64,000 nt of DNA, taken from Clostridia bacterium. GTDB lineage: Bacteria > Bacillota > Clostridia > Oscillospirales > Acutalibacteraceae. The stretch covers positions 16,284 through 80,283 of the forward strand of contig CAAGMR010000016.1 in the NCBI GenBank assembly GCA_900771085.1, given 5' to 3'. The position numbers were made by a program, and so were the translations under genes. The notes beneath the pieces are model-generated. The model worked only from the letters and a program-made list of their open reading frames with translations. It was not told the DNA's origin and ran no database searches. Positions 56,060 to 64,000 of the stretch are shown piece by piece; position 1 is the stretch's first letter, and each line of letters starts with the position of its first letter.

Positions 56060-57291
56060 GCAAAATCACCTGTTCCTTTCGCGAAAACAGATTCAACTGT
56101 TTTCTTGCCGCTTATAATCTTTGCAACATCCGGAGACATTGAATAGCCGTATTCTTCAAGCTCTGCGTTGATACTGTCCACAATTGACTTCTCGTTAAGA
56201 GCGTGAGTTTTGTCACCGGCAGCTTCATATTTTGCCTGTCTGAGCTGGGCAATGAGAGAATAAATGCTTGCAGCAGATACGAAGTTGTTGGCTGTTGCAG
56301 CCTGTTCGTGTGCGGTTTCAGCATACGCTTCAGCAAGCTGAAGGTTATCCTGAAGAAGGCAGATGACAGCCATCTGATAGTTAAGTGCAGATGAAAGAGA
56401 ATTGATCTTCAAACCATCATTGCATGCCTTGGAAGCCTTTACGAGATTGCCCTGCATACGGTAAGCAACTGTTCTGTAGATGAAAGCATACGGGTCTTCG
56501 GCATTGAGTTTCTCAAGCTGATTGCAGTAGCTGAGAGCCTTGTCATAGTCCTTGCCGTTTAAAGCTATTTCAGTATAAAGAGGAAGGTAAAGATTTTCAT
56601 AATCCTTGCCCTGCTCGGCTATTTTATCAACATACTTGAGCTGTGTTTTTTCGTCCTTTTCAAATACAAGGCAGGCATAATACTTATAGTAGTTTACGAA
56701 AGCTTCGTTGAGTCCTTTGCCCTTTATTTCCTTGTCGTAATTCTTAATAAGAGCTTCAAATGAATCGGAATCATCATTGTTTGCGGCAACAGAGAAATAC
56801 TCATACGCATCGCTGTAAGCCTTGAGCTTATCCTTCTCTTTCTTGGCATAGCCATTATAGAAGCGTTCCATGTCGTTATCGGAATAGTGAGATCCGAGGA
56901 ATGCATTCATGTCGGAATAGCTTGTGATTCCAAGTTTGTCGTAAATCTTCAGCTGGTTGCGAAGGTAGTTAATGCCATAGTTTCCGCCGGCGTCAACTAC
57001 TGCACTGTTTGTCTCATCGTACTTTGCCAATGCGGAGTAGTACTGTCTGTTTCTTACAAACTTCTGCGCTTTTGCGGTTCCTGAGAAAACAGACCAGTTT
57101 ACGGTGTTGAAAAGTATTGAGAATACGAGAAAAAATACAGCCATTACAGGTATGAGGTACTGCCACTTTTCAAAAGGGTAGTGCTTCATTTTAGCTGTAC
57201 ATTCTTCGCAGTAATCGCTTTCTGGTTCTGCTTCGTTTTCGCCACAGAGAGCACATGTCTTCTTTGTGGTTAACTCTTCCTGGTTTTCCAA
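56053..57291 (-). CDS. TPR-repeat protein with N-terminal zinc-ribbon (CxxC...CxxC) and single TM helix
   Basis: CALCGENEAEPESDYCEEC then TM, then Y/A-rich TPR-like repeats. Confidence 0.5.
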   Translation of the reverse strand: MENQEELTTKKTCALCGENEAEPESDYCEECTAKMKHYPFEKWQYLIPVMAVFFLVFSILFNTVNWSVFSGTAKAQKFVRNRQYYSALAKYDETNSAVVDAGGNYGINYLRNQLKIYDKLGITSYSDMNAFLGSHYSDNDMERFYNGYAKKEKDKLKAYSDAYEYFSVAANNDDSDSFEALIKNYDKEIKGKGLNEAFVNYYKYYACLVFEKDEKTQLKYVDKIAEQGKDYENLYLPLYTEIALNGKDYDKALSYCNQLEKLNAEDPYAFIYRTVAYRMQGNLVKASKACNDGLKINSLSSALNYQMAVICLLQDNLQLAEAYAETAHEQAATANNFVSAASIYSLIAQLRQAKYEAAGDKTHALNEKSIVDSINAELEEYGYSMSPDVAKIISGKKTVESVFAKGTGDFAW

Positions 57292-57307
57292 AATAAATCT
57301 CCTCTCC

Positions 57308-57784
57308 TTACTCGTTTTCTACAAGTTCGGGAATGTTCTTCTCAAAGTTGCTCATTAAAGATTTAAGGTCAATGTCCGAGCCGTCTTCGGTTTTGTAAAG
57401 ACTGCCGTTTATTGACATATAGTTGTTATAAACTACGATTTCTGTAGTCTCGCCCTCGGCAGATATTCTGAAGAGGGTGTACTGCTCAGGGTTCGGGATT
57501 GCTTCAAGGCCTTCATCTGACTCAACAATTTTCAGAGCCTTGAGGCTGTCCACAAACGATGCGATATCGTCGTCTTCAAGAATGACGAGTTCATCCCAGA
57601 TGTTTGCAGTTTTTCTGTCGCCCTCAACATAGCACTGGACTTTATAAATCTTATCGGTTTTTGGAAGTTCATCGGCCGGGAAGCCTGTGGCAGGCTTTCT
57701 CATCACTATAAAAGCAGCCGTAATTGCTATCGCCAATATTAGCAAAGCGGACATAAATATAATTAAAACATTATTTTTCTTCAT
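57308..57784 (-). CDS. Membrane-anchored hypothetical protein (158 aa)
   Basis: N-terminal signal-anchor, acidic ectodomain. Confidence 0.45.
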   Translation of the reverse strand: MKKNNVLIIFMSALLILAIAITAAFIVMRKPATGFPADELPKTDKIYKVQCYVEGDRKTANIWDELVILEDDDIASFVDSLKALKIVESDEGLEAIPNPEQYTLFRISAEGETTEIVVYNNYMSINGSLYKTEDGSDIDLKSLMSNFEKNIPELVENE

Positions 57785-57960
57785 GGTTTGCGCCTTCTAT
57801 GGGTAATTTTTATAACTACAAAAGTTTATCACGAAACAGGGGAGGTCGGCAACCACGCTATTTATAAAAAGGGCTTAAGCACTTGCAATAAGGGGCATAG
57901 AGTGTTAAAATTTGTCGACATTGGAATTAACATATATTTAAGTGTATTAAAGGTGATATT

Positions 57961-59781
57961 TTGGAACTTAGAGAAGATATCAGAAATGTGGCAATGATTG
58001 CCCACGTAGACCACGGTAAGACTACTCTCGTAGACGCTCTCTTAAAGCAGAGCGGTACATTCCGTACAAACGAACAGGTTGATGAGCGTGTAATGGACTC
58101 TAACGACCTTGAACGTGAACGCGGAATTACTATTCTCTCAAAGAACACAGCCGTTCATTACGGTGACACAAAAATCAATATTATCGACACACCGGGCCAT
58201 GCCGACTTCGGCGGCGAGGTTGAACGTATCCTTCTCATGGTTGATGGCGTACTTCTTCTCGTTGACGCATTTGAAGGCTGCATGCCTCAGACTCGCTTCG
58301 TTTTAAAGAAGGCACTTGGTCTTAAGAAAAAGGTTGTTGTTGTAATCAACAAGATCGACCGTCCGGGCGCACGTCCTGCAGAGGTTGTAGATGAAGTAAT
58401 CGACCTCTTTATTGAACTTGGTGCAGACGAGGATCAGATTGAATTCCCAGTTGTTTTTGCATCTGCACGTGAAGGATATGCTTCCTTCGACGAAAGAGAC
58501 CGCGAAGGCGACATGAGACCGATTTTCGAGTCTATCATTAAAGAAATTCCTGCTCCAAAGGGCGACGTTGACGCTCCTCTTCAGGTTCTCTTCTCATCTC
58601 TCGACTATGACGATTACGTAGGTCGTATCGGCGTAGGCCGCATTGAGAGAGGTACAATAAAGCAGGGCCAGCAGGTAACTCTCTGCAGAACAGACGGAAG
58701 CCAGCAGAATGTAAAGATTTCAAAGCTTTACTCATTCGAGGGCCTTCGCCGTGCAGAAGTTGATTCTGCAGGCGCAGGTGAAATCATCTGCGTTGCGGGC
58801 ATCGCAGATATCAACATTGGTGAGACAGCATGCGATACCGAATGCGTAGAGCCAATGGAATTCATCAAGATTGACGAGCCTACAATTTCCATGAACTTCA
58901 TTGTTAATGACAGTCCATTTGCAGGCCGTGAAGGTAAATATGTAACTTCCAGAAATATTCGTGACCGTCTCTTCAAGGAAGTTGAAACAAACGTTTCAAT
59001 GAGAGTTGAAGAAACTGAGTCAACAGATACATTCAAGGTATCAGGACGTGGCGAACTTCACCTCTCCATCCTCATTGAAACAATGAGACGCGAGGGCTAT
59101 GAATTTGCCGTATCCCGTCCAAAGGTAATTTACAAGCGCGACGATAACGGCCAGCTTCTTGAGCCTATGGAAATTCTCGCTGTTGAGGTTCCGGGCGACT
59201 ATGTTGGTGCCGTAATTGAAAAGCTTGGTTCAAGAAAAGCTGAACTTCGCGACATGGTTGCGCACGAAGGTGGCGCAACTCACCTCGAATTCTCTGTTCC
59301 TTCCCGTGGTCTTATCGGCTACAGAAGTGAATTCATGACAGATACAAACGGTAACGGTATCATGAACCAGCTCTTTGATGGTTACCAGCCATTCAAGGGT
59401 GACATCTCAACACGTGAGCGCGGATCAATCGTTGTTCATGAGCAGGGCGTATCAAGCGCATACGGCCTCTTCAACACTCAGGACAGAGGTACTCTCTTCA
59501 TTGGCGCAGGCGTTGACGTTTACGAAGGTATGATTGTCGGCGAATGCTCTCGTGCAGAAGACATTGTCTGCAACGTATGCAAGACAAAACATCTTACCAA
59601 TACCCGTGCATCCGGTTCTGACGATGCGCTCAGACTTGTTCCTCCAACAACTCTCAGCCTTGAGCAGTGCATGGAATTTATCTCAGACGATGAACTTCTC
59701 GAAGTAACACCTGAAAGCCTTCGTCTCAGAAAGACTATTCTCTCAAAGGAGAAGCGCCTTAAAAATCAGTTTAAAAAATAA
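57961..59781 (+). CDS. typA: Translational GTPase TypA/BipA
   Basis: G-domain [21 protein letters not shown]; TTG start with RBS AAAGGTGA. Confidence 0.9.
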   Translation: MELREDIRNVAMIAHVDHGKTTLVDALLKQSGTFRTNEQVDERVMDSNDLERERGITILSKNTAVHYGDTKINIIDTPGHADFGGEVERILLMVDGVLLLVDAFEGCMPQTRFVLKKALGLKKKVVVVINKIDRPGARPAEVVDEVIDLFIELGADEDQIEFPVVFASAREGYASFDERDREGDMRPIFESIIKEIPAPKGDVDAPLQVLFSSLDYDDYVGRIGVGRIERGTIKQGQQVTLCRTDGSQQNVKISKLYSFEGLRRAEVDSAGAGEIICVAGIADINIGETACDTECVEPMEFIKIDEPTISMNFIVNDSPFAGREGKYVTSRNIRDRLFKEVETNVSMRVEETESTDTFKVSGRGELHLSILIETMRREGYEFAVSRPKVIYKRDDNGQLLEPMEILAVEVPGDYVGAVIEKLGSRKAELRDMVAHEGGATHLEFSVPSRGLIGYRSEFMTDTNGNGIMNQLFDGYQPFKGDISTRERGSIVVHEQGVSSAYGLFNTQDRGTLFIGAGVDVYEGMIVGECSRAEDIVCNVCKTKHLTNTRASGSDDALRLVPPTTLSLEQCMEFISDDELLEVTPESLRLRKTILSKEKRLKNQFKK

Positions 59782-59795
59782 TCAGGTAGATAGAA

Positions 59796-61157
59796 ATGGA
59801 AGAAAAAGACAAAAGAATATACACCATGGAGTCCGAGAAGCCGGTTAAAGCCGTCTTCAAAATGGGTGTTCCGGTAACTCTCGGAATGATGTTCATGGTG
59901 GTTTATAATCTCGTTGACACTTATTTCATTGGCATGCTGAACAATGACTATCAGCTTGCCGCTACAAACCTTGCTTATCCTGTAATGATGATTATGATCG
60001 CCATTTCCGGCATTGTCGGAAATGGCGGTGCTTCTTATATCGCACGCTGCCTTGGAGCGGGCAGAAAAGAAGAGGCCAATCACACACTCACCATAGGTTT
60101 CGAATTAATAGTCATAAGCAGTATAGTCCTGACTGTTCTGGGTCTGATTTTTCTCAAGCCAATTGTCACTGTGCTTGGCGCAAAGGAAAATACATTCCTC
60201 TTTACTGAGCAGTACACCGGCATAATAATTGCAGGCTGCCTTTTCACGATGGGTAACTATGCATTTGGACAGCTTCTCAGAAGTGAAGGTTCAACCACTC
60301 TTTCAATGGTTGGGATGATAGCCGGAACGATAGCAAATATCATTCTTGACCCGATTTTTATTTTCGGCTTTCATATGGAAATAAAGGGCGCTGCAATAGC
60401 GACCGTACTCGGCAATGCCGTAGGAATGTTTATCTGCCTTTTCTACTATGCGAAGGGCAAGACAATTCTTCGACCATCCACAAAACTCCTTAAGATGGAT
60501 TCAACCATAATCAAAGAGATTATGTGGGTAGGAATTCCTCATACTCTAGAACAGTTCTTCACAACAGCCGCAATGGTTGTTAACAACAACCTTGCAGCGG
60601 GCTATGGTGAACTCACGGTTGCGGCAATGGGTATTGCCAACAAGATAATGAGCTTCGGCAGCTACGTATACCAGGGTATGACAGCCGGCTGTCAGCCACT
60701 TATGGGTTATAATTTTGGTGCAAAGAACTTCACTCGTCTGAAGGCAATCATCAGATCCGGACTTGGTGTTATCACCGGTATGGAACTTGTGATTATGGCT
60801 TTCTTCGGAGTATGTGCACCGATTCTTATCGGGGCATTTACCGAGTCACCGGAAGTCATAAAGATAGGTACAACCGCGCTTCGCGCATTTATGCTGATGC
60901 TTCCATTCGTTGGAACAACATCGCTTACCCGCAACATCTTCAACAGCATAGGCAAGCCGCTTTATGCTTTCAGTATTACAATTATCCGCCAGCTGGTGCT
61001 TTACATCCCGTTCCTTCTTCTGTTTAATCATTTGTGGGGATTCCCGGGACTTATTCATGCTCAGCCGGCAGAAGAACTTCTGTGTGCAATTTTTGCACTC
61101 ATCATTCTTTTCACCACTATCAACAGACTGGAAAGACTTGAAAAGCAGGGCGAATAA
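59796..61157 (+). CDS. MATE-family efflux transporter
   Basis: 12 TM, MatE duplication. Confidence 0.85.
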   Translation: MEEKDKRIYTMESEKPVKAVFKMGVPVTLGMMFMVVYNLVDTYFIGMLNNDYQLAATNLAYPVMMIMIAISGIVGNGGASYIARCLGAGRKEEANHTLTIGFELIVISSIVLTVLGLIFLKPIVTVLGAKENTFLFTEQYTGIIIAGCLFTMGNYAFGQLLRSEGSTTLSMVGMIAGTIANIILDPIFIFGFHMEIKGAAIATVLGNAVGMFICLFYYAKGKTILRPSTKLLKMDSTIIKEIMWVGIPHTLEQFFTTAAMVVNNNLAAGYGELTVAAMGIANKIMSFGSYVYQGMTAGCQPLMGYNFGAKNFTRLKAIIRSGLGVITGMELVIMAFFGVCAPILIGAFTESPEVIKIGTTALRAFMLMLPFVGTTSLTRNIFNSIGKPLYAFSITIIRQLVLYIPFLLLFNHLWGFPGLIHAQPAEELLCAIFALIILFTTINRLERLEKQGE

Positions 61158-61200
61158 AAAATTACACCGTACAGGCAGCTGCCTGTACGGTGCTTTTTTA
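61156..61200. terminator. Bidirectional rho-independent terminator
   Basis: CACCGTACAGGCAGCTGCCTGTACGGTG palindrome + T6. Confidence 0.65.
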
Positions 61201-61848
61201 TAATACGTATGGAATTGAGTCGCTGATTTCTTCTGCAAAGAAATCTACATTTTTACGCACATCTTCTTCGTGTTTTGCAGACCACTTATCGGCTACGCCG
61301 ACTACCTTGTAGCCGGACTGCTTAGCTCCGTAAATTGAAACGAGAGTGTCTTCAAAGATAAATGTGTTTTCAGGATCTGTTCCAAGATGCGCACCCGCTT
61401 TCAGGTATATGTCGGGGATGCGCTTGGTTGTATGCTCCTCGCCACAGGTGAATACTGCACTGAAATAATCAAGGATGCCAAGACGTCCGAGACAGGCCTC
61501 CACAAGATGGCGATCGGTTGCGGTTGCAACGCACATCTTAACGCCGGCCTCCTTAAAAGCTTCGAGAGTTTCTACTACGGTATCCTTGAGCTGAACCTCT
61601 TCATAGTATCCGTTTTCTACCATGGCATTGATGTCATCGATTATTTCCTGACAGGACTCGGTAAGCCCGAAGTTTTCCTGCATATAGACACTCATTGCCT
61701 CGAGAAGCATCTGGCTCATGTCTTTTGTCTGTTCAGGGCTTACTTCAATACCGCGTTTGTTAAGGTACCTTGTACCAATGTTTATCCAAAGATGCATGGA
61801 ATCAATAAGAGTTCCATCCATATCAAAAATTGCGCCTTTTATACTCAT
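61198..61848 (-). CDS. HAD-family hydrolase (beta-phosphoglucomutase-like)
   Basis: Motif I FDMDGTLIDS, motif IV region. Confidence 0.75.
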   Translation of the reverse strand: MSIKGAIFDMDGTLIDSMHLWINIGTRYLNKRGIEVSPEQTKDMSQMLLEAMSVYMQENFGLTESCQEIIDDINAMVENGYYEEVQLKDTVVETLEAFKEAGVKMCVATATDRHLVEACLGRLGILDYFSAVFTCGEEHTTKRIPDIYLKAGAHLGTDPENTFIFEDTLVSIYGAKQSGYKVVGVADKWSAKHEEDVRKNVDFFAEEISDSIPYVL

Positions 61849-61851
61849 TGT

Positions 61852-62556
61852 TTAACCCTCAAAGAAACCCTGCTTATAAGCTTCAAGCTCTTCCTCTGTC
61901 ATTACGTATTCTTCCAGGTCGTATTCGTCGATGAACTCATCTGTTACGAATGGAACCTGACGGGTAGCTTCGCACTTCTGGCCATGAGTCCAGAGGGTTG
62001 GAGTTATGCGGAGCTCGTAACCGCAGCCCGGGTCAACAGGCCACTCTGTCATTGGAGCCTCAGGAATAGCAAACATTGACATGAGAGCGGAAACAACTCC
62101 GCCGTGAGTTACAACAGCAGTCTCTGTGATTCCGGTCTTCATCATGCCTTCAACAATTTTAATGAATGCATCGGCGATGCGGTCACCGAAGTCGGCATTT
62201 GTTTCTCCGTAAGGCGGAGCAACGTTTGGTCCGCCACTGAGCCAGGTAGCAAATTCAAGCTTATCTTTGAGGTCTTCTGCTGTACAGCCATCAAACTCGC
62301 CAAAGTCATACTCGATGAGTTCACGCATTTCAATTGCGTCGTTCTCAGGGAACATAATCTTTGCACTCTGTCTGCAGCGCTGAAGTGGGCTGGTGAAGAC
62401 AACCGGCACGTCAGGGTAGGTGCAGTTCTCTTTAAGGAAATTAAGGCTTTCACGTCCGCGTGCTGAGAGAGGAATATCGCGGTGACCGCAATAGGTTCCA
62501 TCGTAGTTCGCAGATGTGAGACCATGTCTGTAAAGATATAGTGTATAAGTTTTCAT
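61852..62556 (-). CDS. Histidine phosphatase family protein (phosphoglycerate mutase-like)
   Basis: LYRHGLTSAN RHG motif. Confidence 0.75.
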   Translation of the reverse strand: MKTYTLYLYRHGLTSANYDGTYCGHRDIPLSARGRESLNFLKENCTYPDVPVVFTSPLQRCRQSAKIMFPENDAIEMRELIEYDFGEFDGCTAEDLKDKLEFATWLSGGPNVAPPYGETNADFGDRIADAFIKIVEGMMKTGITETAVVTHGGVVSALMSMFAIPEAPMTEWPVDPGCGYELRITPTLWTHGQKCEATRQVPFVTDEFIDEYDLEEYVMTEEELEAYKQGFFEG

Positions 62557-62626
62557 GGGTTCCTCCTTGAAAAGCTCGAATAATAAAATTATACTAAATG
62601 TAATATTGTTGAAAGGTTTGATTGAT

Positions 62627-63235
62627 GTGACAAACTCACCGTACTCCGCGCGTTTAAGTGAACTCAGAAAGGCGAGAAACTTAAGCCAGAAGCAGGCATC
62701 TAATGATCTTGGAATATCACAGGCACTGTTGTCCCATTATGAGAAGGGGATTCGAGAGCCGGGACTGGATTTCATTGTAAAAGCAGCAGATTATTATGAG
62801 GTAAGCTGCGATTACATACTCGGTCATGCGACCTCAAACTCACTTCTCAACCGAAATGAATCAATAGTCGATGTTGAGTCGGACAAATACCTTTCAGAAA
62901 TGACAATCATCCGTGCAGCTCTTGCTGTCGGTAAGGCAATTGAAGAGCATCCGGATTTACAGGATTATTATTTCCAGATTCTTACCGGTGCAACTTACAT
63001 GATAAATTTTGCCGCTGTCAAAAACGGTGCGCTTCCTCGCACCTGGCTTGGCAATGGTTCCGATAACCCTGCTCAGCTCAAGTTCCTCGCAAACTCAATG
63101 TCCGAGGCAATTGACAGTGTTCCCGATGCCATCGGTGAGGCAGAGGGCAGCGACCAGACACCACCGCAGTGCGTAAGCACATTGTCGGCATATATCAACG
63201 ATTTCATCAACCTTAAAGTTGCCGAACTAATGTAA
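62627..63235 (+). CDS. XRE-family HTH transcriptional regulator with C-terminal domain
   Basis: HTH LSQKQASNDLGISQALLSHYEKG; GTG start at 62627 chosen because upstream ATG (62555) lies inside the divergent gene's start. Confidence 0.55.
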   Translation: MTNSPYSARLSELRKARNLSQKQASNDLGISQALLSHYEKGIREPGLDFIVKAADYYEVSCDYILGHATSNSLLNRNESIVDVESDKYLSEMTIIRAALAVGKAIEEHPDLQDYYFQILTGATYMINFAAVKNGALPRTWLGNGSDNPAQLKFLANSMSEAIDSVPDAIGEAEGSDQTPPQCVSTLSAYINDFINLKVAELM

Positions 63236-63261
63236 CAGATTTTAACATAATAAAAAGCCAA

Positions 63262-63310
63262 AATAAAGGGAAGCGGAGCGCAATATGCGTTCCGCTTCCA
63301 TCTTTTTTTA
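63262..63310. terminator. Bidirectional rho-independent terminator
   Basis: GGAAGCGGAGCGCA-atat-GCGTTCCGCTTCC + T8. Confidence 0.6.
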
Positions 63311-63323
63311 AAATATAAAAATG

Positions 63324-64000
63324 TTATGACATTGCTTCCTTATACATGTCAATGTAAAGACCTGCTGACTTGTTCCAGCTGTTGTCTGAACGCATTGCGC
63401 GATCGACAACATCAGCCCATGCTTCTTTGTCGTTGTAATAAAGATCAATGCTGCGGGTGATAGCCCAAAGCATATCATGAGCGTTATAAGTCTTGAATGT
63501 GAAGCCGTTTCCAAGTCCGTCTCCACAGTCAGATACAGAGTCCTTGAGACCGCCGGTCTCACGAACGATTGGAACTGTACCGTAACGGAGAGCAATCATC
63601 TGAGAAAGTCCGCATGGCTCTGCCTTTGATGGCATGAGGAACATGTCGCATCCTGCGTAAATCTTTCTGGAGAGTGCAGAGTTGAATCCGATCTCAGCTC
63701 TGAACTTATCAGGATGACGCTGAGCAACACCTCGGAAGAAGTCTTCGTACTGGCTGTCACCTGTACCAAGAACTACCATACGAACTTCGGTGTTATAAAG
63801 GAGCTCATCAAGAACTGCCTGAACAAGGTCAAGGCCCTTGTGAGAAACGAGTCGTGAAATAAGACCGATGATTGGAACATCCGGCTTGTGCTCAAAACCG
63901 AAGAGTTCTTCGAGAGCAGCCTTGTCTTTAGCCTTCGCACTCTTTCTGCCGGCAGAGTAATGGAAGTCAATTGCCTTGTCCTTCCATGGATTGTAGCTTT
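63324..64000 (-). CDS. glgA: Glycogen synthase (ADP-glucose type), C-terminal part; N-terminus beyond window end
   Basis: Open frame to window edge; motifs MPSKAEPCGLSQMIALRYGTVPIVRETGGLKDSV and upstream KGLDLV..RMVVLGTGD. Confidence 0.88.
   Translation of the reverse strand, partial: SYNPWKDKAIDFHYSAGRKSAKAKDKAALEELFGFEHKPDVPIIGLISRLVSHKGLDLVQAVLDELLYNTEVRMVVLGTGDSQYEDFFRGVAQRHPDKFRAEIGFNSALSRKIYAGCDMFLMPSKAEPCGLSQMIALRYGTVPIVRETGGLKDSVSDCGDGLGNGFTFKTYNAHDMLWAITRSIDLYYNDKEAWADVVDRAMRSDNSWNKSAGLYIDMYKEAMS

Noticed and set aside
62555-62626. ATG at 62555 as start of the XRE regulator
   Set aside because: That ATG is the reverse complement of the divergent histidine-phosphatase start region (CATGAAAACT); the HTH begins well downstream, so the GTG at 62627 (or the TTG at 62609) is more plausible.
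1-64000. CRISPR arrays, prophage or IS elements
   Set aside because: No short direct-repeat/spacer periodicity outside coding CWB repeats, and no transposase, integrase, terminase or capsid-like ORFs; the window looks like core chromosome with accessory surface/transport islands.

Overview
This 64 kb window reads as a chromosomal segment of a low-to-moderate-GC Firmicute, probably Clostridia/Oscillospiraceae (Ruminococcus-like). The evidence is the abundant cell-wall-binding YGWW repeats, a T-box leader, a type-2 IleS, and AGGAGG-type RBS with frequent TTG/GTG starts. It is densely coding, about 70 genes, with no transposase, integrase, phage genes or CRISPR array.

Housekeeping content:
- 4-alpha-glucanotransferase, pyruvate-phosphate dikinase and a partial glycogen synthase.
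- IleS behind a T-box leader, RF1, formate-THF ligase, TypA/BipA and a tRNA-Pro(UGG).
- A Sua5/TsaC-CoaE-SLT-M18 peptidase-MoaA-MoaB-MoeA-MoeA/PBP block.
- A MATE transporter and a Nik/Opp-type ABC system.

Accessory or poorly understood modules worth a second look:
1. A VTC (polyphosphate-polymerase-like)/DUF4956/membrane-anchored beta-helix trio with its own two-component system.
2. An ApbE-NusG_II-Gx transporter module.
3. A MoxR-DUF58-transglutaminase-like trio in which the predicted catalytic Cys appears replaced by Asp.
4. A FecCD-type ABC importer operon led by a large surface-anchored protein, with an embedded protein resembling the kinase (TCKD/DUF1743) domain of archaeal tRNA-agmatinylcytidine synthetase TiaS.
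5. Two paralogous cell-wall-binding-repeat proteins next to a MarR gene and a second two-component system.
6. A TTG-initiated class-III aminotransferase plus double SCP2-like protein pair.

All calls rest on reading the sequence and remembered family signatures; no database search was possible.
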